From the IMG/VR virus record IMGVR_UViG_3300037311_000293: 64,000 nucleotides of DNA; one strand, given 5' to 3'. Shown here piece by piece: positions 56,458-64,000 of this stretch. This DNA is from a virus. The translations under genes and the position numbers were made by a program. Positions within the stretch are counted from its first letter, which is position 1. Each line of letters begins with the position of its first letter. The notes under the pieces were generated by a model. That model worked only from the letters and a program-made list of their open reading frames with translations, was not told where the DNA came from and did not search any database.

Positions 56458-56949
56458 CTAGGACTTTGCCCGGTCAGGCGTCATCAGTTCGTAGGGCAGA
56501 TACAACGGGTGCCGGGGCTCGCCGTCTTTCGTACGCGCCAAGGCATACGTAGCGCTGCCGCATCCCAGTGTATCGATCATCTCGTTGATCTCTCTGCTGC
56601 GCCCGAGGAAGCTACCATGAGCTCCCCATGCCAAGACAGTGTGGTGGCAGGCGCCGAGCGTCCACGAGATCCAGGCGTCGTTGTCGGGACCGATGGGTTC
56701 CGGGCTGCGCTTGAGGTCTTTGGGATCTGTGGCGCGGAAGGCGAAGAGGTTGGCCACAGCAATGCCGCCGTAGCCACCACGGCGGGCAAATCCCATGCAC
56801 TTGCCGATGGTGGGGTCGTCGACCTCAGCATCTGCCGTGCTGGGGTTCAGCATGATCCACCCGAGTTGGGGAAGCGTCCCATCCCACACACGGGTGAGGC
56901 TGTAGCGGTACATGCCCGTAGGTGAGAGATGGGCCGTCTTCTTGATCAT
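56458..56949 (-). CDS. DUF1643 domain protein
   Basis: YRYSLTRVW, IMLNPSTAD..DDPTI, NLFAFRATDP, LAWG and PRHPLY motifs. Confidence 0.9.
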   Translation of the reverse strand: MIKKTAHLSPTGMYRYSLTRVWDGTLPQLGWIMLNPSTADAEVDDPTIGKCMGFARRGGYGGIAVANLFAFRATDPKDLKRSPEPIGPDNDAWISWTLGACHHTVLAWGAHGSFLGRSREINEMIDTLGCGSATYALARTKDGEPRHPLYLPYELMTPDRAKS

Positions 56950-57371
56950 ACCGTTCCTGGTAGTTTGGGTTGGAGCTTGAACCGCTTGAGCGTCGCCATC
57001 TTCTTGGCGTGCTCTGCCTGCTGCTTGTACACCGGATTGAGATTGATGCGCGCCGGACGCTTGACGAACTCGGCAAGGCGCTTCCTGGCTTCCTCGGATT
57101 CGTTATCGATCGCACGATCCAAGAACGGCATCATCTTGTCGCAGAACTCCTGGTAGGCCGCGATGGCCGGATCCTGCGTCGCCTTCTCCTCGTGCAGACC
57201 AACGATGCTTTGCACCAGAGCTCGAGTACTGAGGATCTCGGCTTGTGTGCGCTGGAGGCGGACCAAAACGAAGAGGGTCTCCAATGGGCTACCGCGACGA
57301 GGGATGCCTTGGTACTTGTCGTACCACATCGACGACAGCCCCCAGCCCATCGGAGACCTCATCCATTTTTT
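56946..57371 (-). CDS. Tail assembly chaperone T-like segment (-1 frame extension; own ATG at 57362)
   Basis: In the -1 frame relative to the upstream gene at the A-AAA-AAT slippery heptamer. Confidence 0.6.
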   Translation of the reverse strand, partial: KKWMRSPMGWGLSSMWYDKYQGIPRRGSPLETLFVLVRLQRTQAEILSTRALVQSIVGLHEEKATQDPAIAAYQEFCDKMMPFLDRAIDNESEEARKRLAEFVKRPARINLNPVYKQQAEHAKKMATLKRFKLQPKLPGTV

Positions 57372-58252
57372 ACGAAGTCTGCCGTGAACATCTTGCGGAC
57401 GCGCATGTCGAACCAGCCGGCATGCACGCTGATCGCATGGATGAGCGGCATCGGCATCAGCCGGAAGATCTCGTACTTCTTCTGGAACACGGCCTCGTTG
57501 AACTCACGGTCGTAGCCTTCACCGATGAGATGCGCCGGCTGCTTGGTCTGGTTGATCTGAGCGACCGCGGCGACCACGGTGGCGATGCCGTAGATCTCCG
57601 ACGCCAGACGGTCGATGCGCGGGTCCTTCTGCGCCATATTGAAGATCCAGAGCCGGATGGCCTGGTGCTCCAAGCTGTTGATGGTGCGGAACTGGACCTT
57701 CAAGCGACCAGGGATGATGTCCACCCACTGGGTGAACTCGCTGTTCGCCATACCGTCGGCGAAGTCGATCTCCGATGCTCGGGCTTCTGCGGCAGCGCGC
57801 TCCTTGTCGTTGTTGATCACGTCGTTCTGAACGCTGCGCATCAGGCGCTCGAGCTCGAAGTCGTCGAGACGATCGATGTCTTCTTCGAGCTTCTTCTTGG
57901 GCTCGGGCTTGTCTTCCTTCTCAGTGGTCTCCACGACTGGCTCCTTCTTCAGTTGCTCACGGCTGGCTTCAGCCGTGGCGCGTAGCACTTCGATGGTCTG
58001 CGGACTCAGGGCGGCGGGGGCTGCTGCATCGGGCTGCGACGTCGCTACCCGCTGGGCCTCCGCAATCTGGGCGATGGTCATAGGACGGTCCTTGCCGGGC
58101 TTGTAGGCCTCGTTGGCGGCCAGGAGGTCCCCAATGGGCGCCTTGGCCTTCCTGGAGGCCTCAGCACGCGCCTTGATGCCGTCGCTGTACTTCTTGAGCT
58201 CAGGGTCCGTGCTGGGGTCGATTCCACCGACTCCGATAGGATCTTTCTTCAT
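57359..58252 (-). CDS. Putative tail assembly chaperone (gpG-like)
   Basis: Start MKKDPIG; ends GTA AAA AAT GGA TGA. Confidence 0.6.
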   Translation of the reverse strand: MKKDPIGVGGIDPSTDPELKKYSDGIKARAEASRKAKAPIGDLLAANEAYKPGKDRPMTIAQIAEAQRVATSQPDAAAPAALSPQTIEVLRATAEASREQLKKEPVVETTEKEDKPEPKKKLEEDIDRLDDFELERLMRSVQNDVINNDKERAAAEARASEIDFADGMANSEFTQWVDIIPGRLKVQFRTINSLEHQAIRLWIFNMAQKDPRIDRLASEIYGIATVVAAVAQINQTKQPAHLIGEGYDREFNEAVFQKKYEIFRLMPMPLIHAISVHAGWFDMRVRKMFTADFVKNG

Positions 58253-58288
58253 GCGTAGGAGAATACATAGAGAATACAAAGCCGTCAA
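58253..58288 (-). promoter_or_regulatory. Sigma70-type promoter, leaderless
   Basis: TTGACG-N17-TATTCT-N7-ATG. Confidence 0.75.
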
Positions 58289-58297
58289 CGCAGCAAA

Positions 58298-58320
58298 GGA
58301 ATAGGTACGTTACCTATTCC
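58298..58320. terminator. Perfect 10-bp inverted repeat (minus-strand terminator or operator)
   Basis: GGAATAGGTA-CGT-TACCTATTCC, followed by TTTGC on the minus strand. Confidence 0.6.
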
Positions 58321-58325
58321 AGTGA

Positions 58326-58484
58326 TCAGCCCTTGACGACTTCCGCCATCGTCTTCTTGATCTCTGTTCCGTTCAGCCATGTCCAGCAGAACTCGCAGCG
58401 CCTACTACACACCGGCATGCTGGTGCTGTGCACTGGATACAGCACGACCGCACCGCACTTACGGCACAGCGGATGCAGCGTCAC
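58326..58484 (-). CDS. Small zinc-finger protein
   Basis: CRKC...CRRC, GTGA-coupled. Confidence 0.55.
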   Translation of the reverse strand: MTLHPLCRKCGAVVLYPVHSTSMPVCSRRCEFCWTWLNGTEIKKTMAEVVKG

Positions 58485-58941
58485 GGCTTCAGGCTCTCGA
58501 TGTAGTCCCAGAGGCCAGCGCTGAAGCCACTGATGCCTTCTGCCCAGGACGAAGACATATCGGCTTCGTAGTCGGCGACGATTTCGGCGGTGACGTCGTT
58601 ACCACCGGCGTCCAAGAAGGTGACGACGTACGAGCGGTCTTCGGCGAGCGCTGCGGTGAAGATCACTAGCGACCGGTTGCCCCGTGCGTAGGTCCAGGCA
58701 CTGTATGCGCAAACACCGTAGACCTCCATGTCCTTCAGCCTATCGGCGTATCTCATGGCGACGTGCAACGGGGCGTCGAGGGTATCCCCGCTGTCGTCAG
58801 CATGAGCACGTCTTGGTTGCCGCGACGACCATAGATCTCAACTATGCGGTCGCCGTGTTGAATGATGCGCTGCGCGGCTTTGGCATCGGGTTTCGCAGAG
58901 TCGAAGGCTCTACGCCACTCCGGCAACACCACATCCGTCAT
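58481..58941 (-). pseudogene. Paralogue of 58938-59411, split by a -1 frameshift near 58795
   Basis: The joined frames align with the neighbour (G.R...DV...P...M...L..E...LAEDRSY). Confidence 0.7.
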
Positions 58942-59411
58942 CCTGCCCTCCGCTTCTCGACCAGATCCCAGAACGTATCGCCAGTGCTTTTGGCTCCCCT
59001 GTCCCAGGGAATCCCGGTGTCTGCTTCGAACGCCGCCGCGACCTCAGCAGTGATGTCCTTCCCCTTGAAGTCTCGGAGCACGGCGCGGTACGACCTGTCC
59101 TCGGCGAGACCAGCGATGGAGAGCACCATGTCGCTTCCACCGCCATCTTGCCTGCGGACGCGTGCGCAGTGGTACACCGCAGTGATTTCGACGCCGCTAA
59201 GATCTGCCTTGGTCGTCATGAGGTCCATGATCGGACCCGCCATCCCAGGTGCCGCCGACGCCGTGGCTACCGACACATCGGCGCCTTTTCTGAGTCCGAG
59301 GAACTGAGTCGTATAGACCGCCAGGTTGGGGATCTTCCGCAACAGCACCTCTTCCAGCGTGCCGAAGTACAGGCGCCACGGTATCGGCAACACCGCCACC
59401 ACGACGTTCAT
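58938..59411 (-). CDS. Hypothetical protein (LAEDRSY family)
   Basis: Start MNVVV; tandem paralogue. Confidence 0.7.
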   Translation of the reverse strand: MNVVVAVLPIPWRLYFGTLEEVLLRKIPNLAVYTTQFLGLRKGADVSVATASAAPGMAGPIMDLMTTKADLSGVEITAVYHCARVRRQDGGGSDMVLSIAGLAEDRSYRAVLRDFKGKDITAEVAAAFEADTGIPWDRGAKSTGDTFWDLVEKRRAG

Positions 59412-59854
59412 CGGTAGCCTTCGGGAAGGAAGACGGCGTCGCCATCGCAGGGCAGGCGAAGAAGCCTGACGATGCGACCGGCTTCGATCTCGGCGACGAC
59501 GGCTTGGCCGACACCATCGCTGAGCCGCGTGACTCCGAGGAAGCGGTGGAGGTCGACCAAGCACTTGGCAAGCCGACCCTCCGGCACAACGTGGTCTTGT
59601 GCCGACATCAGCGCCTTCCCCGTCAGCAGGTACATCACAACGCTTTGGTTCAGGCCGCCGCCGTAGTACAGAGCGATCTCGAGAGCCATGTGGTTCTCGG
59701 AAAACGACAGATCGATGGCCTTGATTCGCCCGATTCGTGATTCAGACATATCTCTCCAGGTGTTGCAGACCAAACACCCCAGGACTCCCCTGGGGTGATG
59801 GATGTGGTCAGTGACTTCGCGGCATCTGGGACACCGCTCTTTGTGTGCGATCAT
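59408..59854 (-). CDS. Zinc-ribbon hypothetical protein
   Basis: CPRC...CLVC. Confidence 0.6.
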   Translation of the reverse strand: MIAHKERCPRCREVTDHIHHPRGVLGCLVCNTWRDMSESRIGRIKAIDLSFSENHMALEIALYYGGGLNQSVVMYLLTGKALMSAQDHVVPEGRLAKCLVDLHRFLGVTRLSDGVGQAVVAEIEAGRIVRLLRLPCDGDAVFLPEGYR

Positions 59855-60222
59855 TTCGTACCCGGCCACTGACCGGTCTCGATGTAGACCTGCGCAGCCG
59901 TGGTCCACGAGCTCGGCATGAAGTACTTGTTGATGTAGCGGTAGACCATCAAGGCGTCGTACAGCTCCTTGGTCTCGTGCATCAGGAACAGCAGTTCCCG
60001 GCACGGCTGTGCGCGATGGACACCGTAGATCGCGGCACCACGCAACGCGGCATCGACGGAGGACCCGCCGTACGACGCGACTACGACCTGGAACTCCGGG
60101 CCCAGTGTCGTCGGACTCGGCTCGGTGTAGAGGCCGACACGAATGATCTTGGCATCCGGCATGTGGCCGATGCAGTAGCCCATGAACACGCCGCGCTCGG
60201 GGCGTCCTTTCTTCTGCTTCAT
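59851..60222 (-). CDS. Hypothetical protein
   Basis: Start MKQKKG. Confidence 0.6.
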   Translation of the reverse strand: MKQKKGRPERGVFMGYCIGHMPDAKIIRVGLYTEPSPTTLGPEFQVVVASYGGSSVDAALRGAAIYGVHRAQPCRELLFLMHETKELYDALMVYRYINKYFMPSSWTTAAQVYIETGQWPGTK

Positions 60223-60389
60223 CCGGCCTCCGGCTTGACTACCTCGTGGGTGAACAGCGCGTTGGCGACATCCCATGCGGTGTCGGCGTTCCATTCGGTC
60301 GTGGGACCGTCGGCGAAGACGATGCCAACGACCGCCTCCAGTGCGGCGCGGAGCTCGTCGACGTCCATCTCAGGGATCCGATTCTTCAT
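60219..60389 (-). CDS. Hypothetical protein
   Basis: Start MKNRIP after AAGGAG. Confidence 0.55.
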   Translation of the reverse strand: MKNRIPEMDVDELRAALEAVVGIVFADGPTTEWNADTAWDVANALFTHEVVKPEAG

Positions 60390-60618
60390 ATGACTCCTTG
60401 AGCCTCGACAGATCGACGCGGTACAGCATCTCGCCGCACTCGACACCTTCGGGCTGCGGTTCTCCACCGGCTTGATGGAAGAAGATGTGGAGGTTGCAGT
60501 CACAGCCGAAGTTGCCTTCGGTGAACAAGTACTCAGCGGTGTCGTAATCGTCGTAGGCCTACGGCAGCTCACGGCGAACACCGTCAGCGACGCGCTCGAT
60601 GATCACGATACCCTTCAT
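60370..60618 (-). pseudogene. Cys-motif phage gene interrupted by in-frame TAG at 60559-60561
   Basis: MKGIVIIERVADGVRRELP*AYDDYDTAEYLFTEGNFGCDCN... Confidence 0.7.
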
Positions 60619-60762
60619 TCGTCCTCTGCGTTCTGGTCTTCGCGAAGACCGTCGAGCTCCATCTCGAGCAAGGTCTGTAGGTTCTCGAGGAACTCGATGG
60701 TCCATCAGGGGGTGGCGCCGGATACCATCCATCACGACTTCGGCTTCGCGTTCGGGTTTCAC
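60615..60762 (-). pseudogene. Small gene broken near a C5 run (60708-60712)
   Basis: GTGA start overlap and ATGA end overlap; 148 nt = 3n+1. Confidence 0.45.
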
Positions 60763-60956
60763 TTCTGTCTCCTCTGCCACACGACCTCATCGGCGAGCTC
60801 GAGTGCGGTGACCAAGTCACTGCTGAAGGCGACCTCGCCTTCCCAGACGTCGACGGCGCCGGGATCTCTCAGCGCCTTGACCAACGCCTTGAGGGCGTCA
60901 AGCGGTTCGGTGGCTGCGGCCTTGGCCTTCAGCAGCTCCTGTGCTTTCTTGCTCAT
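60759..60956 (-). CDS. Hypothetical protein
   Basis: 65 aa. Confidence 0.6.
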   Translation of the reverse strand: MSKKAQELLKAKAAATEPLDALKALVKALRDPGAVDVWEGEVAFSSDLVTALELADEVVWQRRQK

Positions 60957-61294
60957 TGCTTTGCCGCCCGTGCCATGGACAACAACTTCTCGGCGACGAT
61001 CTGAAGACTATCCACAGTCCTCTGATCCAGGTCACCCCAGCCACTGTGAATCGAAATCTCGGAGTTGCTGCCCAGGTGCTCGATCATCAAGTCGAACAGC
61101 GCACGGGCCTCGGAGACCTCTTCGAGCGAGTTCTCGAGTGCCCGGATGACCTGAACGGTCTCTTCGACGGTGTAGAGCTCTTTGTCGAGGTCACGCTGCT
61201 CGATGTTCAGCATCACGCCGTCTACCGTGACGTGGCCGGTACACCAGAACGTCGACGCGTTGTTCAGCGCGTCTTTCTTGATCCGCTTCAACAT
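60953..61294 (-). CDS. Hypothetical protein
   Basis: Start MLKRIKK after GGAGG. Confidence 0.6.
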   Translation of the reverse strand: MLKRIKKDALNNASTFWCTGHVTVDGVMLNIEQRDLDKELYTVEETVQVIRALENSLEEVSEARALFDLMIEHLGSNSEISIHSGWGDLDQRTVDSLQIVAEKLLSMARAAKQ

Positions 61295-61854
61295 CAGTCC
61301 TCCTCGTAGTTGTCGTAGTCCGGCGCGATGTATTGCAGCAGCGACGCCAACGTGAGCCCCACTGTTGTCGTGCCCCGGCTCGTGGTTTCCGACACCTGGA
61401 CATCGTGCGGCGACGTCATCACGACGTCGCTGCCTCGGCGGATCATGCGCCAAGCAATGTAGGGCTCGTAGTTCTGGTACATGTCGTTGTCGAACTGGAC
61501 GTAGACGTCCTGGTACCACTCCGGGAAGCCAGGCTTGATCTCCGCGGTGTCGGCAACGACATAGAAACCGTGATGCCCCAATGCCTCAGCGGTGGTCAGC
61601 CGAATGCGTCCAGCCATTGGCTGCGACAGAACCGAGTGAGCCATGAGCACGCGTTCTTCGTGATCGATGCTGCTCTGCGCAGGACGCCGGTGCTTGACGT
61701 TGACCCCGAGCAACCAGAGCTCGACGTTGCCGTCTTTCTCCGCAGCGGGGTCGTAAGCGTAGACTGCCTCGGCGACCGTGATGATATCGATGTACCTGTC
61801 GCCCAGTGCGCCGGTTTCGTCAATGCAAACTATTCGGATCTTTCTTGCCATCAA
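61294..61854 (-). CDS. Hypothetical protein
   Basis: 186 aa. Confidence 0.65.
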   Translation of the reverse strand: MMARKIRIVCIDETGALGDRYIDIITVAEAVYAYDPAAEKDGNVELWLLGVNVKHRRPAQSSIDHEERVLMAHSVLSQPMAGRIRLTTAEALGHHGFYVVADTAEIKPGFPEWYQDVYVQFDNDMYQNYEPYIAWRMIRRGSDVVMTSPHDVQVSETTSRGTTTVGLTLASLLQYIAPDYDNYEED

Positions 61855-62710
61855 TACGCTCCTTGAACAATCGGCGAAGCGACGAGAACCATGCGTCGCC
61901 CTCGGGATACGTGGCAGCCGTCGTGGTGTAGACGCAGATGCGGTCCTTGTGCTTGGGCATCACCACGGCTGCCGCGATGATCTCCCCTGAATCCTTGAGA
62001 GCGTCGATGAGCTCGAGCGCCGACGAAACAGACCCCAAGGATTCCGCAGTCCGGTAGGCATGATGGGTTCCGTAGCGCTGCCTCACGACGACGTGGATGA
62101 GCTCGGCGTTGTCGTGCATCAGGTTACGGACGGACTTCAGCCCTTCTTCGATCACGCCGCGCACGACGTTGTCGATGTCTGCCGACAGATCATTGGCTGG
62201 CAGGTAGAACGATGCAGTGCCCTTGGGTACTGCGACGTGGGACGAGGTCAGGAGCTCTTGCATCACGGTGTCCAGATTGGTGAACGCCGTACCGAACAGG
62301 CTGACGCCGTACTTGGCCACTTCCTCGACGTACTCCGTGGTGATGTCGTTGCCGCTGGCGTCGACGACACGGGCGAAGAGCGGGGCACTACGCCGGATCA
62401 CCAAGATGAGCAAGGCATCGTTCTTGGTCGAATCGGCCCTCCTGATCATCGGCGCCAGCCAACAGATGGCATCCAGCGTGGGGTCTTTCTCGAGAAAGCA
62501 GACCTCGAGGTGCATCTCGGCCATCTCGAGAGCCAGATTCTTCGGCGCCCAGGCGACATCATCGGTATAGGAGACCGTGTGACCCTGGCGCTGCGTGATG
62601 TAGGCCGCGCATTGCGTCGATGCGATCAGCTTCTTGGCGTTCTGCACCGCAGACTTCGTGAGGCCATCGATGACGTCTTCTACTGTGCCTTGTGCTGTGT
62701 GTCGTTTCAT
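61820..62710 (-). CDS. Hypothetical protein with a domain related to 58481/58938
   Basis: VVDASGNDITTE motif. Confidence 0.65.
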   Translation of the reverse strand: MKRHTAQGTVEDVIDGLTKSAVQNAKKLIASTQCAAYITQRQGHTVSYTDDVAWAPKNLALEMAEMHLEVCFLEKDPTLDAICWLAPMIRRADSTKNDALLILVIRRSAPLFARVVDASGNDITTEYVEEVAKYGVSLFGTAFTNLDTVMQELLTSSHVAVPKGTASFYLPANDLSADIDNVVRGVIEEGLKSVRNLMHDNAELIHVVVRQRYGTHHAYRTAESLGSVSSALELIDALKDSGEIIAAAVVMPKHKDRICVYTTTAATYPEGDAWFSSLRRLFKERIDGKKDPNSLH

Positions 62711-63318
62711 CGGCTTCTGTGGTGGGATTTGTTTGGGACACCGCTGCCTTTCCATTGCGGCGGCTTCCACGTCGGTTTGAGATCAGGAGTCAACAACCCG
62801 AGCCGCACGGCTCGGTGTTCGGCTTCCTTGTACCAGCCCTCATCGCGCATGTACGACTTGAAGTTGGTATCGAACGGCCCGTTGGGTCCGATAAACGAGA
62901 TCGTCGTGGCCTCTTGGTAGTAGTCGGCGGCATCCAAGAACTTCTTCCTCGCCTCTGGAACATGCGGACCTTCCTCGACCAACTTGCACACCACACGCCA
63001 CTCAAAGGGCAACAGGATGTAGCCCTCACAGACATGGAACGACTTTTCTCCGAGCGTCACGTGTATGACCTCGTGGATGAGCTGTGCAGCATCCATGGCG
63101 CCCAGAATCAAGCGCCCTGCCGTGATCGTTCGTAGTTCCCGTCTGCCTTCGAGGTAGTGGTCGAAATCTGACTTCAGCCCGTTCTTCACGTGCTTCCTGA
63201 ACCAGCGCACGCCGTACTTCAGACAGACCCGGCGGACGCACCAGACGTAGAATGCTGTGTTGCGATCTTTCTCCGTCTGCATCATGCGGATGTCGTCGAC
63301 CCATTCAGTATCGATCAT
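62707..63318 (-). CDS. Hypothetical protein with an HExxH-like motif
   Basis: LIHEVIHV; start MIDTEW. Confidence 0.6.
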   Translation of the reverse strand: MIDTEWVDDIRMMQTEKDRNTAFYVWCVRRVCLKYGVRWFRKHVKNGLKSDFDHYLEGRRELRTITAGRLILGAMDAAQLIHEVIHVTLGEKSFHVCEGYILLPFEWRVVCKLVEEGPHVPEARKKFLDAADYYQEATTISFIGPNGPFDTNFKSYMRDEGWYKEAEHRAVRLGLLTPDLKPTWKPPQWKGSGVPNKSHHRSR

Positions 63319-63667
63319 CTTTGCCGGCCCACCAGATGACTCTGTACCCCGCCACATTGGTGAGGCTTTCGAACCACTTCTGACCTTCTGTCATGTAATG
63401 CCTCCAGTGATCGAAGTCTTCGTCACTGGTACGGGCAACCACCCAGTCGGGGACGCTAACGGCATGGCGTTCCCAGGTGCCGTTTTCGAAGAACACGGCG
63501 ACGTCGACACTCACGTACTTCGGCATTCGCCTTTCGATGCTGGCGCTGGTCTCGATGACGTAGCTGCCCGGTAGCTTCGAGACATACTCGATGATGGCCT
63601 CAGCGAGCTCTGCTGTGCTGCCATAGCAGGCCACACGAAGGCGAATGATGGCCTTGTAGGTATTCAC
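63305..63667 (-). CDS. Hypothetical protein
   Basis: GTG start MNTYKAII. Confidence 0.55.
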   Translation of the reverse strand: MNTYKAIIRLRVACYGSTAELAEAIIEYVSKLPGSYVIETSASIERRMPKYVSVDVAVFFENGTWERHAVSVPDWVVARTSDEDFDHWRHYMTEGQKWFESLTNVAGYRVIWWAGKDDRY

Positions 63668-63669
63668 GA

Positions 63670-63930
63670 TCAGAATCCCTTTGGTCTGTTTTCTTTGATC
63701 CGCTGGATCGTGTCTTCGTAGATGTAGAGGAGGTAGTCCTTCCTGAACGGAAAGAACTCTTTGACCATCACTCGACAAGCGTTCTTCTTTTCGTAGTCTT
63801 GCATGAACGGCCAGATCGGGATCTCGATGACCATGCCGAGCAAGACTACGAGCCACAGGAACATCAGGACGAGATAGACGCTCAGCGAGTTAGCTATCAC
63901 TGTGCCAACAACTAGCACGCGATAGATCAT
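63670..63930 (-). CDS. Membrane protein
   Basis: 86 aa with a long hydrophobic segment. Confidence 0.6.
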   Translation of the reverse strand: MIYRVLVVGTVIANSLSVYLVLMFLWLVVLLGMVIEIPIWPFMQDYEKKNACRVMVKEFFPFRKDYLLYIYEDTIQRIKENRPKGF

Positions 63931-64000
63931 ACGGGCTCCGGATCGAACTCGAACCCCGAGCGCTTTACCGCAGTACTGGCTTCGCCGAGTGCCAGCTTGA

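Noticed and set aside
336-63574. Many long antisense or alternate-frame ORFs in the track (e.g. 5824-6939, 13610-14362, 19071-20168, 40563-41528)
   Set aside because: They are Arg/Ala/Pro-rich shadow ORFs expected at high GC, fully overlapping better-supported genes.
1-64000. Genome-wide stop-codon reassignment (TGA or TAG) to explain the internal stops
   Set aside because: TGA forms many ATGA/GTGA stop-start overlaps, and TAG cleanly ends genes (8555, 17209, 48940). Only two internal stops were found.
63931-64000. GAACTCGAACCC resembling a tRNA T-arm complement
   Set aside because: No cloverleaf forms; the segment reads as the C-terminus of a minus-strand gene ending at 63927.

Overview
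This window is a 64 kb internal segment of a large, GC-rich (about 60% by eye) tailed phage genome. It contains no host housekeeping operons. Minus-strand virion and tail modules (0.1-15.6 kb, tape measure at 17.4-21.0 kb, fibre and adhesin genes at 28.9-37.9 kb) are interleaved with dense blocks of small accessory genes. Recognisable accessory products include NADAR, dNMP kinase, a MazG-like protein, GroES, a HAD phosphatase, a Topo VI-A/Spo11-like protein, GNAT, YkgJ, DUF1643, a matrixin protease and tRNA-Val. The most striking element is a complete phage-borne signalling operon (PAS-histidine kinase, Rcp1-like response regulator, second REC protein with an unknown output domain, holin-like membrane protein) translationally coupled inside the tail-fibre module. 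Other hand-read signals are a G/GT-type -1 slippery site, a CCTATCAG-N5/6-GAGGA motif before four genes including the phage sigma factor, leaderless TAnnnT-N6-start promoters at structural module heads, a tRNA whose CCA overlaps the next start codon, and at least seven frame disruptions confined to accessory genes. All calls come from motif recognition by eye; no database search was run.
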